Positions 45,250 to 59,765 of a DNA stretch of 64,000 bases are shown here, piece by piece. Origin of the DNA: the human T2T-CHM13v2.0 reference genome, Homo sapiens. The number at the start of each line of letters is the position of its first letter. Positions within the stretch are counted from its first letter, which is position 1. The translations under genes and the position numbers were made by a program. Where the stretch lies: assembly GCF_009914755.1 (NCBI RefSeq), contig NC_060925.1, one strand, 5' to 3'. The notes below the pieces were generated by a model. That model did not search any database. It was given only the letters and a program-made list of their open reading frames with translations, and was not told the DNA's origin.

Positions 45250-46737
45250 TAGTGTGCTACATTTTTATAGGAGACATCTATGTGGTGCTGTAATGGTGGC
45301 AGCTCCTTGCTCAAGAACTTGGCATTTCTGGAAAGAGAGAGCCTCCGGGGCGCAGCAGCCAGTGTCAGCCAGTTCTTCTATTGAGCTCACGCAGGCCTGC
45401 AAAGCCAACTCTTGTGAAGCTACTGAAAAGCTTCCTCCTCCGGAGGTGGAAGTGGGTTGAGGGTGAGGTGTGGTGGGGATGGCCATATTAGAGCACAAGG
45501 TTTATAACACTCATGTGAAGCAACCTTAAAGGAAAGAAAGAGCTACATTCTTTCAGTAGCCAAGTATATAATACCACGGAAGGGATCTAATTGCACCTGC
45601 TGGAGTCACTTGCCCATTTACATGGCCAAAGGGAATGAGTGTTCTGCTTGTCAATTCTAGATCACGTGGGGACTCCTTTGGAGGGTAAGGTACTATGCTT
45701 TGCTGCTCATTGGCACAAAGGAGTTGCGAAAGAACAGCTATCCAAAAAAAAAGGATGTTTGTGAGAAAAGAATCAATCAATGTCTTATACTTGGGGAAAG
45801 GAGAAGAGAACAGAGCAGGCTTAATTCAGAAGTGATGCATTTGAGCTGAATAAATGCCAGATGGCATTGCCTCATGCTATATAATTAAATGATTTAACTA
45901 TATACCAGCCTATAATTTAAGTAGTAGTTTGAATAGAAGGAAGTGGTGGCAAAATTAAGTGATCTCATGGCACATGGTGGCATGCCAACTCTAAAAACAA
46001 TAGCTTTATAGCATCAGTACCATATTCATACTGTAGGGTTATTTAGTTCCATCAAAGCAGAATCAGCCACCACGTTAAATTAATGTTATGCATTTTTATT
46101 GGCTTTTTTGTATTTAACTAATAGATATTTTATTTTTGCTTTTCAAATGTATGCTTGGCTTTATGTTTTATGTATTTTGCTAACATTATGGTGAAATTAA
46201 TCTCAGGCGATACCAGCCTTGACTGTTCTTCCTTTATCCATATATTACTTAATTTTGAGAAGTCTCACTAACATACCTATTTCATCTGAAATCCACCTTC
46301 TTTTCTTTTGCAGGCTAAACATTAGAATTTCCTCAACTTATATGGTATAGTTTTAAGTTCCTTCAGACTTGGAATTCTCTTGGGGAGTGATATTCTTTGG
46401 AAGGCATATTAGGATTGCCTGAGCAAACAGCACAGGTGCCCCTCACCTTCTGAAATGCTCTTCTGTAAGTGCGCGTGCCCCATTGTTGAGAATCACTGCC
46501 ATAGAAACTCACTTTAACAATGCAACATCTCATGTGTCTCAAGAGTCCCAGGTGGCAACTGTCATGGTTTTAGAACATGACTCCCTTAAGTGTAGTACCT
46601 GGAACTATAATGGTCTGTGTATGTTATAGTGGCTAAAAAGCAGAGTGAAGTGCTTCAATGAGATCTACAGTTCAATGAATTGCCTATCTAGTTCTCAAGT
46701 TTGTCTCTCCCTTTACTTTGAATCTCCTGCTACTGAC

Positions 46738-47086
46738 TGTGGTAAGCAGGGAGTGGGCTGCCCCGATCCTCCTTAAAGGAAGAACGAGCTGCTCTGCTGC
46801 CTGCTTCTTCAGGATCTGCCTCTGTCACAGAGGCCACCTGGTCCAAGGTCCATGACCTTCCAGCGGGACTATTTGGCCAGCCAGGGCACACTCTGATGAG
46901 CAATCATAGCTCCAGAGCTTCCCACCAAGTCGGCCAAAGATTCACTGGGTCTGTATCACAGTTCAACATCTTCCTCTATTCACTCCTGCTTCCGCCCCCT
47001 TCTCCTCACAGGTGTTGGTCTCTAATAAACATCTTGCACCTGTAACTCCACTTCAGCCTCTGCTCCCGGAGAGCCCAGCTGCAGCA
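46738..47086 (+). mobile_element. LTR16A-like ERVL solo LTR
   Basis: CACAGGTGTTGGTCTCTAATAAACATCTTGCACC...CTCTGCTCCCGGAGAGCCCAGCTGCAGCA. Confidence 0.75.
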
Positions 47087-47486
47087 CCAACTTTGACCCA
47101 ATACTGGCTGTGCTTTCCTGGCTGCCCTACAGCATGCTAATCTTGCCCGACAGTCTAGACAGTCCTGCCACTTTCTTGGCAACTCAGTGTACTCTGCTGT
47201 GACACTCACCTTGAGGATTCCCAGAGCAGATCCCAAGATACAGGGATAGCAAAAAGTATTTTCAAACCAGTAGGCTTGCAAGCATTGTTCTAATACTGAA
47301 AGATTCATAGTGACTTATATTTATTGGATATTTATCATTTGTCAGGCACTGTTTAATGTGAATTAATCACAACTGTATCAACCATACTATTAAAGTTTCT
47401 TAGGTGAGGAAACTGAGGCATGCTTCAGTCCCCAGTTGGTGAGTTGGTGGAGCTGGGATTTAAATGTAGGCATCTTCACAGCCCGT

Positions 47487-47878
47487 GTGTCTTACTCAAT
47501 TTTCTCTTACTCATATTGAGCTTAAGCTCAAGTTTCTTATAGTTCTGGAGGCTGAGAAGTCCAAGGTCAAGGAGCCACATCTGGTGAGAGCCTTCTTCCT
47601 GGTGGGGACTTTACAAGGTTCCAAGGCAGTGCAGGGTATCATATGTTAAAGGTGTGCAAACGTGCTAGCTCGAGTTTCCCATTCTCCTAAAGACACCAGT
47701 TCCCCTCCCATGATAATCCATTAATCCATTAACCCATTAATCCATGAATGGCTTAGTCCATTTATGAAGACAGAGCCCTGGGGATCTAATCACCTCTTAA
47801 AGACCTCACCTCTTGATACTAACATATTGGAGATTAAGTTTCCACATCAGTTTTGGAGGAAATATTCAAACCATAGCA
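47487..47878 (-). mobile_element. MST (MSTC/D-like) MaLR LTR
   Basis: AGTTCTGGAGGCTGAGAAGTCCAAGGTCAAG...CCATTAATCCATT...ATTCAAACCATAGCA. Confidence 0.8.
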
Positions 47879-47896
47879 GCATATTAGCCACTATAC

Positions 47897-48085
47897 CAGT
47901 GGTTCCCCAGTTTTGGCCCACACTAGAATCACCTGGAGGGCTTATTAAAACACAAATTGCTGGACCTCATTCTTAGAATTTCTAATGTGGTAGGTCTGAG
48001 GTGGAGTCTGAATATTTGCATTTCTAACAAGTTCCCAGGTGATGCTGACGCTGCTGTTTCAAGGACAACATTTTAGGAACCACTG
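47897..48085 (+). mobile_element. MER5A hAT-Charlie MITE
   Basis: CAGTGGTTC...GAACCACTG TIRs; AGAATCACCTGGAGGGCTT and TGCATTTCTAACAAGTTCCCAGGTGATGC. Confidence 0.9.
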
Positions 48086-48485
48086 TATGTGATACAGCCT
48101 CTCAAGTACAATTTCAACTGACATTATGTGAAAATGCATTATAGTTTTCCTCATGATAAATAAGAGTTTCCAAGTGCAATAAATTTGGAAACCACTAATT
48201 ATACAATCTTGTCATTGACTCTCCAGTTTCAGGCTCTCCTCATCTTCCTAGTGCTGTCTTTCTCTGTTGCCCACATGTGTCCAAGGACATCTGGCAAGAG
48301 CATCCTGATTACAAAATCCAGTGTTGCTTTCCTTGGATATCAACAGAAACATGGAATTGATTAATAAAGGCTAACATACTTGAGATGCATAGTTAGGCAC
48401 CATGAATGAGACTTTTAAAATAGAGTTGCCATTATTAGCTCTGTCAATGGTAAGGCCAGAAAATGCACAACATAGCCTCATACAG

Positions 48486-48758
48486 TTTTTTGTTTTTGTT
48501 TTTTTTTTTTTTTTTGAGACAGGGTCTCACTCTGTCACCTAGATTGGACTGCAGTGGTGCAATCACGGTTCACTACAGTCTCGAACTCCTGGACTCAAGG
48601 GATTCTCCCGCTTCAGCCTCCTGAGTAGCCTGGGTAATTTTATAGAGAGAATCTCACTTTGTTTCTCAGTCTGGTCTCAAACTCCCGGGCTCAAGCAATT
48701 CTCCTGCCTCACCCTCCCAAAGTGCTGGGATTACAGGCATGAGCCACTGCGACTGGCC
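48486..48758 (-). mobile_element. AluJ-like, internally deleted
   Basis: Diverged Alu; near-TSD CCTCATA(C/G)AG. Confidence 0.88.
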
Positions 48759-50445
48759 CCTCATAGAGTATTTTAGAAATTTTGGGAAATAGATTGTGTG
48801 AAAGCACATTTAAAAAACAACAACATTAGGGTTAAAGTTAGGGATAAAAAAATAAAACATTTTTTAGTTAAAAAATAAAATAAAAACAATTAAAATATTT
48901 GTAATACTTCTCAATCTTGGAAACATTAAAGTGATTTGTTGAATTATTTTAAAACCATGAATCTTTTATTTGTGCATTAATTCATTTGATTAATATTTAG
49001 TAAGCACCCACCGGGCCACAGCATTGCACTTGCAGAATCATATGCTATTATACTTGTTATAGTAATAATCACTAGTGTTTTTATTGTCCTCACTTTCTGA
49101 GGTGCTTGAAATCTTTTCCAACCTGAGGTCCTTGGTTTTCACATCATCTCTGTGAAGTAGGATCACCTATTATGTTATTTTGTCCCATGCGTACCCTAGA
49201 AAGCTAAGGTCCTGAGGACCGGGGCTGCCTCCAGGTCGACTCTTGCTGGAACCACAGGTGGAACTTACAGAGCTGGACTTTCAGGCATCAACCTGCCAAA
49301 CAATTTTCTATCTCTGGGGAATTTTCTGTCCTAGGTTTCTATGGCAAAATACTTACCTATCATTTTGCTTTTTTGAAAAAGAAAATAATTCTATAAGGAA
49401 GTTAAAAATTAAGATTTGTTTTGACTTTCCAGTGATTCCAGACAGGAAATCTACTCCTTGTACTTGAAGCCCCAAGCAAAGGAACTGCACTTTGCCCTCT
49501 AAAGAATCTGTAATTTATAACCCTTGGAAAATAATATTCCAGGTTAGGAGAATTGTGAAGGAACTGGAAGGGGGAGTCACATTTATTTGTGGGATTGTAA
49601 TATTATTATTCTTTTTACTTAGAGTGCAGAGAAACTGAACGGAATTATATTTGGCTTTTTAAAAGACAATGATCCTTCATATGAAATGATATATCCTGAT
49701 CTCATTTTAATTAGGAAGGTGTCAAATTAAAAAGTTGCATTGACTCTGCTGTTGCATAGGTCAGAAATTCAGTTCCTGATCAACAGAAGATGGTACAAAA
49801 GAAACCAGGAACTGGAGAACAATTCAATGCTAAAATGTTAAAATCTTTATGAGTGTCTGCAATTCTCAAGTTTTATAAATATGTCCATGATACATTTTTA
49901 CATTTTGTCTGGGTACATTTTCAATATACTTAATGCTTGTTTTCTTTAATTTGTAGTGAGTGCCAAGTTAAGTGATTTTTGCACTGATTATCATTTAAAT
50001 ATAAAAACCTAATAGAGAGCTACTGCTTTGTGAAAAGTCTCTGGGACAGTCCAGTACATGAATATACAATAAATTTTTAGAGCATGCTTATGGAATTCAG
50101 AGAAGCCACAATATAAAGGGACCAAGGCTACATGGTTTTTATTCAATTAGGTATCCAGCATTGAAATTATTAGTTAAGCTGATAAAATTAAAGAACATAA
50201 AATCCCAAATTATCTCTCTCCCTACCCTGCTTAGTACGAATTCATTAAATTAGTGATTTTTAGGCAATAAGGTTTTATACATCAATCTGTTGTCATCTAA
50301 AATCTAAAATCATGGAAAATCTAAATTACAAAATAAATTTACAACAAATGCATTCATATTAACATGTACACCATTGGAAAAAAACACCCAAAAATGAGTC
50401 ATACAATTTTCCCTAGGAAAAATCATGAAATCAAAAATCAAAACA

Positions 50446-50765
50446 GGTCGGGTGTGGTGGCTCACGCCTGTAATCCCAGCACTTTGGGAGGCTGAGGCGG
50501 GTGGATCACGAGGTCAGGAGTTCAAGACCAGCCTGGCGAACATTGTGAAACCCCGTCTCTACTAAAAATACAAAAATTAGCCGAGTGTGGCAGCGGGTGC
50601 CTATAGTCCCAGCTATTCAGGAGGCTGAGGCAGGAGAATCATTGCTTGAACCTGGGAGGTGGAGGTTGCGGTGAGCCAAGATTGCGCCATTGCACTGAAG
50701 CCTGGGGCAACAAGAGTGAAACTCTGTCTCAAAAAAACAAAACAAAACGAAACAAAACAAAAACA
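50446..50765 (+). mobile_element. Alu (AluSg-like)
   Basis: GGATCACGAGGTCAGGAGTTC; (AAAAC)n tail. Confidence 0.93.
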
Positions 50766-50835
50766 TCTAGGTTTGGAGGATAAAATAAACATTCATAAAT
50801 AATGTAATTCAAGGAGAGACAAGAATACTTCTTTA

Positions 50836-51147
<312 letters not shown>

Positions 51148-51430
51148 TCAATGCCTGCTAGAGTAAATGAAATATAATATTAATTTCATTTTATAGAAGA
51201 GGCATTTTAAGAAAACATATTACAGTGTATTTTAATTGTTATTTGACAGCAATAATAGTCATTCACAAACACCCACAAATTAATTATAAGAATTATAAGC
51301 TAACTAAAGTAATCTCAAGACATTGATAGATCAAAGGAGCTATGAGTATATTAAAGAAACAAGAAAAAGTAGAGGGAAGATAAAGGTGAGATAAGGAATG
51401 GTGCTCTTTCAGCATGAAAGTATGTTCTGG

Positions 51431-51768
51431 GTGGAGGTGCAGTGTGTGTGAGGGTGATCTATCAGGATGGAGGTGCAGTGTGGGTGAAGGGTGATCTATC
51501 AACATGGAGGTGCTGTGTGGGTGGAGAGTGATGTGTCAGCATGGAGGTGCAGTGTGGGTGGATGGTGATCTATCAGGATGGAGGTGCAGTGTGGGTGGAG
51601 GGTGATCTATCAGGATGGAGGTGCAGTGTGGGTGGAGGGTGATCTATCAACATAGAGGTGCAGTGTGTGTGAGGGTGATCTGTCAGGATGGAGGTGCAGT
51701 GTGGGTGGAGGGTGATCTATCAGCATAGAGGTGCAGTGTGGGTAGAGGGTGATCTATCAGCATGGAGT
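51431..51768. repeat. G-rich 37-bp minisatellite, about 9 copies
   Basis: Unit ATGGAGGTGCAGTGTGGGTGGAGGGTGATCTATCAGG starting at 51431, 51467, 51504, 51541, 51578, 51615, 51652, 51688, 51725. Confidence 0.95.
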
Positions 51769-51789
51769 TATGTGGTGGGTGGTGGACCC

Positions 51790-52000
51790 ACACTTCTAAT
51801 AGCTCTTCCTCTTCTTATATGGAAACCCATTCTATTGGGTGTCCGTATAAGAATATAAGCTGAGAAGGACCTATGGTGTGGGGCTCTAATTCAACGTCCT
51901 GTTATCTTTGGAAGGCTTCATAGCTAAATATGGTACAGTCATATTAGGTGTTAGGGCTTTAATGTATGAATTTTTGGGGACACAATTCCATGCATGTCAC
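51790..52000 (-). mobile_element. MLT1-type LTR fragment
   Basis: CTTCCTCTTCTTATA...GTTAGGGCTTTAATGTATGAATTTTTGGGGACACAATTC. Confidence 0.6.
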
Positions 52001-53446
52001 CACCAAACTCATTTCCACAGCAGTTTCACTGTTTTATAATTCCACCAGTGGTACAGCAGGCTTCCAATTTCCCCACATGCTTGGAAACAGTTCTTATCTT
52101 CCGTTTTTTTCGCTTGTAGCCATCCTAATGGATGGGAGGTATGACCATGGCCCTTCATGTGGGGCCTGGGACATGTGAGTTGAATAGCTCACCTCGTATA
52201 TTAGTTCTTTCTATTTATGACAAGTAGCACTGCCCTAATATGCCAGGCTATGCAGGTGGGAAGTAGAGAAAAAAAAGAGAAGACTGACATTTCAAAGAAA
52301 GGGAGGAACAATTTAAGAAAATCTAAGCTGAGTGAACAGGGAGTCTATTTTTAGCTAGGCTGGATTACAGTTTCATTTGGAGGTTGCATCTTTTAAGAGT
52401 AATCATTTAAAAGGAGGCAGAGCTTCCAATTGCACGGTGTCATTTACAACCTCAGCCGTGGTTGCAATAGGGATCTCATGCCTCCTGCTGTCTTCTGGGC
52501 ACTGAGCAATCTTCAGAGAATGTTCACTTCCGGTGCTTGCACAGAAAGGAAACCTGCAGAGAAGTCCTGCATGTCATAAAATCAATATGGAGAGAAGAAC
52601 ACTTAATCCTGTTTACTTTAATCTAACTACCTAAGGCTTTGGATTCAGTCAACCATAACTTCAAAATCTAAGGCAAATTGAACACAGTAGGGCCTCTTTG
52701 AAAAGTCCTGAACACTCTATGAGCTTCTCTGTGGTTTCAATAAAACACATTCTACACAAAGAACACTGCAAACTGGGAAGCATCATAGCTTTGTTTTAAA
52801 TATTTGTAAGTTTTTAGCTCATTATATTTTCTGAACTTTGTGTTCTACACAAGCAAGTCCCATAAGGAACTATATTCTTCATGTATTAATTTATCAAGTA
52901 TTGTATATACAAATACTATGTCTAGAAACAAGGTACTGTGTTCATTGCTGTAGGCATGCAAAAATTTAAAAATAACATTGTCGAGGAGCTTATAGAGAAC
53001 TACAGGCAATAAACTCATGTGTGTAAGAGTAATAATACAAGACAGAAGTAATAGTTCACAAAGGAGATTAAGTGCAGCAGAGAAAAGAAAAGATCACTTA
53101 CAGCCAGGACTACCAGGAAAGAATTTTAAAAAGACATAACATTTGATTTAGACTTTAAAGAAAGATGATGTTTAAGATCTGTGGAGAAGTAGAGGAGGGC
53201 AATCAAGGTCAAGGGAATATAAACCATAGACACTAGCACTGAAAATAGGAAAACTGGAGTGTATAAACAAGGAACAGCAAATGGTAGAAATAAAAGTGGA
53301 TAAGTTGCTTGGGATCTGGTCTTGAAGGTCCCTGTATTGATAAGGAGGTAAATTATTTCATGTTCTTGTTATTTAAAATTTGAAAATACGTCACTATGTA
53401 TTTTATGCATTTTATGTGAGTTTTTTAATGCTGGCATTTTATGCTA

Positions 53447-53842
<396 letters not shown>

Positions 53843-54602
53843 CTACTGATCTGAATTTACTTTTTGAATTTCCAGTTCAAAACATGATAAACACATGTAT
53901 GTTTTAAAGAAAAATAAACTTGTCAATGTAAATTGTGGCTGTCATCCTAAAATAGCTGGTTGAAAGGGAAGTAAATTAAAAGATAATATATACATACAAA
54001 AGAAGAGGGGATGAGGGTCCCCTTCCTGCCACCCTGTCCCCCCACCTTGAAGTGGCTGGCATTGAGAAATGAAGCAAGGGCAGAAGGAATTCCAAACATA
54101 CTTGGCCTTTAAGACCTATAAAAAGGAGGCATGCTATTTATATATGACCTACTTACAAATACCCCTCATTTGAAGTAGCTGCTCAGGACAGCCATCAGAA
54201 CTTAATTCTGGATATTCTAGATTCTCACAGCTCCAGCAGTAAAAAGCCGTTTCCCCTGGAAACATGATTATACATTGTGGTTAGTTTCTACAGTACTGAT
54301 ATCTGGCGCTATACTCAAGTTCACAGTCTTTCACGGCTAATCTGAAACTTGTGAGAGAAAAATCCACTATTAGTTTATAAAAAGGTTAAAACATCCACTA
54401 AAGTACAGAAAAACCATAAGTAACTCCATGTATTCCATATACCTACCCCACAGATTCCATAATTGTCAAGACTTTGCCACATTGGCTTTTCTTATGTCAT
54501 TTTTCTTTTTCCCTGAGGCATCATAAAGCAAATTTCAGGCATTGTCATTTCAGTCCTACTACTTCAGTTTGCAGCTCTTATCTGCATGAGTATTCTCATA
54601 GC

Positions 54603-55553
54603 TGTAAACTAAAAATAAAATCCTAAGCCCTCCAGCAACCAACTGAATGAAACCCTCCCCAATGGGCCAAGGGGACCCCAGAGCAACCTAAAAAACTGAA
54701 GCCCCAGCCATGACGGGAAGGGAGGCTGGACATGCCTCATTACACCCCTTCTTTTTGGAGTTTAGGCACCCCTGACCAGCATTAACATTAAGACAGAGAT
54801 CATAAGACTGAAAAACTGACTTTGTGGCACTAAGATACCAAATTCCAACCTGACTCTGGTATAGCATCACATGACAGAAAACCCTGAAGGACATAAAAAT
54901 ATTTTACCCCAAAATATATTTCTTTGCCATCCTTTGAAATGGCCCCGAAAGCTGTCTTTGCTGGGGGAAATTTGTGTCTGTAGGCAATCTCCATTAATGC
55001 AACTAGGCCATTGCTGGATCTAGGGGAGATGAACTAAGAGTCTGATACATTTTAAGGTCTGGAAAGCAACATTTATTTTCTTTTTTAAAGAAAATATTTT
55101 TCCTATTTTAAAGAAAATAGGAAAACAACCTATTTCCTTTAAAGGATGTTACCTGGAGTCTTCATCTACATAACAAGAACCTTCATCTTCACAATCCCCC
55201 TTATCATAATTCAAGCATCTCTTTCCACTGACTTCAAGTCCTGAGATAGAGCATAACTCTTTCAACCAACTGCCAGTCAGAAAATCTTTGAATCCACCTG
55301 TAAGGTCCCATTCCAAGATATATCCTGCCTCTTTAGGCTGAACCAATGTACACCTTTCATTTATTGACTTATGATTTTCCCTACAATTCCGGTTTGCCTT
55401 GAATGTGTGAAACCAACCTGTAACCTGACGGCCTCAGGCACATTTTTCTCAGGACCTCTTGAGACTGTCCCCCAACCCCTGGCCATGGTCACCCATATTG
55501 GCTTAGAATAAACCTCTTTAAATATTTTACAGAGTTTGGTTTTTCCATCAACA
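54603..55553 (+). mobile_element. MER4 family (MER4D-like) ERV1 solo LTR
   Basis: TGTAAACTAAAAATAAAATCCTAAGCCC ... GAATAAACCTCTTTAAATATTTTACAGAGTTTGG...TCAACA; TSD TAGC. Confidence 0.88.
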
Positions 55554-55741
55554 TAGCTAACCTTCATGAGTTTAACACACCTAACCTTAAACTATAATTA
55601 TTTTGTGTCATCTAAAAGCAGTCAGTAATGAAATCACCCCTGTTGTCTCGAACATGCCGTTTTGTTCAGATGGTTTATTTAAGAATTCAAAGAAGGTGCA
55701 CAGGTTACATTTGATGGTTGTGTCTGTTAAAACTTAATCTG

Positions 55742-56103
<362 letters not shown>

Positions 56104-56702
56104 CTAATTTGTTACTTAAGCTGGTTCTGTTTTCTTACAGAACATAAGATGTTCAGCATTTGCTTCTTTGTTTCTTTGTTGTATTATTAAATTGCTCCTT
56201 TGCACCCCCAAATGCATGTTCCAATTGGATAGTGTCAGTTTCCTGTACATTAATACTTTCCTTGAGCATAAACAAATAAGATGAAGGAATCTAGTGGGAT
56301 GAACACAAGCTATTTTTTTAAAAGACAGGCAGAAATGTATTTTAATGATACTTTACCACTTTCTTGCTGTGTAACTTTGAATACATTATTTAAGCTCTCC
56401 AAGTTAGTTTCATTGGTTTCCTTATGAGTATGCCAATAATTTCCTGGAGTTGCTATGAAGATTAAACACAGTCTGTAAGAGACCAAATGCAATGCCAAGC
56501 ACATATGATAAGCTCGATAAAACTGGCAGCTATTTATAGAGTTATTTCAGTGTACCCCAACTCCCGTTTTTGGTAAGCGTCTCCTAAAGGACAAATCTGC
56601 TTGCTACAATTATCAAGACTTTTGATTTATTTCCCATATCTTACTAATTATGAAAAGAACAGCTGGCTATCTTTTAGAAGAATCTAAATTATGAGTGAGT
56701 AG

Positions 56703-57157
56703 TGTCAAAAGACAAAATCGCAACAAATTTAGTTTAAAGATCTCAGTTGGCTTTATTTGCTATTCTAGAATCAGAAAACACTTCATTCCACAAAATAGAA
56801 TCAGTGTTTCACGGAGCTGAGCCAAAGAGGTCAGCTTTATAGACAGAGAACAGCCCGAGAAAGCAGAACCCAAGAACACAAAGTGAATTGTTCATTTCAA
56901 AGTGACTTTCCTTGTAAGGCAGGAGCAGGGAAATGGAACAATAGAGAAATAACCAATTGGTTAACGTCACATTACTTTTTATTGTAAGGATTAAAGCAGT
57001 TATCCCTTTCTCCTGATAGAGTCACATAACTTAGTTTCAGTTTGGTGACCTGTAACTATGGTGCGAATGACAGCATTTTGATTTTTAGTCTAGTCTGTTG
57101 GGGCCTAGTGCAGGAGCTTAGTCCAAAACAATGGCCTCCTATAATTTTTATTTAACA
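56703..57157 (-). mobile_element. ERV1 solo LTR (MER67-like)
   Basis: Minus strand begins TGTTAAATAAAAATTATAGGAGGCCATTGTTTTGGACTAAGCTCCTGCACTAGGCCCC and ends TTTTGACA. Confidence 0.7.
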
Positions 57158-57769
57158 AGTAATTTAAAATAAACCCAATTTAAACCTAATTCTATTACAT
57201 GGGGCAACTATTTACAGAGCCTTGACAAGGTGGTCTAGGCCAAAATACCTAACGGTGTTTATGTGCATGGAAAGGAAAGAATTTATGAGCAAGATTTTAT
57301 CTTTCAGCCCTCCCTGCTAACTGAAGGCAGGAGGGTACTCTGTCCAAGGAACCCATAGTCAGTCTTTCCTGGTGCAGAACAGTGGTTTTGGTGTCTTGGC
57401 AGGCAGCGTTCTGCTTATAAGGGGGTTTCTCATAAACTACCTTCCTCTGGGGGCTTTCTGAAGCTTCTTCTGAGTACTTTATGGGAAGCTGTCTCTCTCT
57501 TAAGGCTGCTGTTGTTGCTGCTACATCGGCATCTCTTGGCATGGTGGCATGTTGACAGTAATGCTTCATTGCTAAAGGTTACCTACTTCATTTCTTCCAT
57601 TTCACACTGAAAGTGTGAAAGAAGGAGCTATGATTACATAAATCTTTCATACTATTTTATTGGCATGATTATACTACTTGTTGTATATGATACTACTATA
57701 TGATCAGCATATACTTGTTACAAATGCAGAAGACAGAAATATGGTTATCTGCAATGTGCCAGAAACTAG

Positions 57770-57940
57770 GATGGTGGTTCTCAAAGAAAAGTCCAGTAAC
57801 TCCCTGTATCAAAATCATCTGGGATGACAGCTAGAAATGTATATTTCTGGGCCTTGCCTGAGACCTAGGAAATCAAAATCTCTGGAAGATGGACCTAAGA
57901 TTCTGCATTTTAACATGCACAGCATAGTTTGAAAATCTGT
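57770..57940. mobile_element. MER5-like MITE
   Basis: GTGGTTCTCAAAG...ATCAAAATCATCTGGG...TCTGCATTTTAACA. Confidence 0.6.
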
Positions 57941-58003
57941 AAGATAACACGGGAGGAAAATTCCCTGAGTTGAAGAACCTGTCCTAGAATTACATGGGTA
58001 TAA

Positions 58004-58391
<388 letters not shown>

Positions 58392-59544
58392 TCCACTATG
58401 ATACATTTCTAATTGCCAGTGACAGTCAAATAATTTTCACTAAACCACTCCTACCAATTGTACATACGATTTTGCTTATTAATGAACTCGTACATTTCCA
58501 ATACCTTAGGATGCTTCATAATTTGTTTTTCCCCTTCCTTTCTGGTAGAGAGATTTATTGGAGTGGGGTATAGGCCATTCTTTCTCTTTAATCTCTAGTA
58601 GTTCCTTTGTTTACTCTCCAACCCCCAGCCCCTCCCTTCCTTCCATCCTCTAATCTTTCTCCTTGTCCTTCTTCTCAAGTGAATGAATTTCCAATATCAA
58701 GTTCTAGCAAGTTTAAAATAAAAACTGAAAATGCAATGCAGAGCCTTGGTACCATTTTGCAGAATATTTTTAGATTATTTGCATTTATTTACCACAGCTA
58801 TTTTGTATCTGTGATATTGGAAATGGTAATCATGTTCTGATCATAACTCTGCCCCTGATTTAATGACAACACATGGAAAAGCTATGATTCCCCCTTTCCA
58901 GAAGTTTAGAAATAGAAGGGAATGAAAAGACTGGAAACAAAGAAAAAGATCCACATTCAAACACTGGAGATTTATTCTGAAGACAGAGTCATATCATCTT
59001 TACCAATAATGAAACACGTCAAGGTGAATGTTATTAAAGTTCTGGTCATTTGTGGTGTTTAAGTTGTGTGAGGTCCATTTGTAACCCAGTTAGTAAAGAG
59101 GAAGATATCTGGCTTAGATTTCAGGAGCCTATAATCAGGTCTAGAGGCAGGGCAGCTTTCTGCTTAAAACAGGCTTTTATCTGAAGTCCTGAATGAATGA
59201 CTAGAAATAGGCTTCTCCTGATTGAAATTGTCTTGCTCCAGAAATACAATATGTATCTAGAATCCTGAAATGCAAGTCCTTGGGAGACAACAGAAGAGGA
59301 CCTGAGGGAAAGAGAGCTGCAATAAGAACTCCCAACTTCCCAGTCTGTCTCTCAAGGAACTCTAAGAGCTAAGGTTCCCAGGCTTGCCATGCAAATGAGC
59401 ATATGCTAGGGATTTTAAACCATGGTCGAGGGAAAAAGACTTTCACTTGGTCTCTTCACATTTCTACTTTCAAGATTGCAGATTACATTTTCTGGTTTTT
59501 TTTTAAAGACATTTTCCTGTAGAATTATTTCTTATTAGGTCTTT

Positions 59545-59765
59545 CATTATTTTATTAAATGGCGGGTGACTGAGGTTTGGTGTACAAAGGATCCCTTCAC
59601 CCAGGTAGTGAGCATAGTCTCCTATAGGTAGTTTTTCAACCCTCCTTCTCCACCCTCTCCCCTCTAGTAGTCCCCAGTGTCCATTATCCCCATCTTTATG
59701 TCCAAGTGTACTCAATGTTTAGCTCCCACTTATAAGTAAGATCATGTGGTATTTGTGTTATATTC
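59545..59765 (-). mobile_element. Older L1 (L1PB/late L1PA) 3' UTR fragment
   Basis: CACCCAGGTAGTGAGCATAGT...ACTCAATGTTTAGCTCCCACTTATAAGT. Confidence 0.8.

Noticed and set aside
49349-49358. ATACTTACCT: U1 snRNA 5' end, or a perfect splice donor on the minus strand
   Set aside because: The match stops after 10 nt, so it is not a U1 pseudogene. A lone donor motif is not evidence of an exon.
57297-57569. 90-aa minus-strand ORF in unique sequence
   Set aside because: No recognisable homology or supporting signals; length is within chance expectation.
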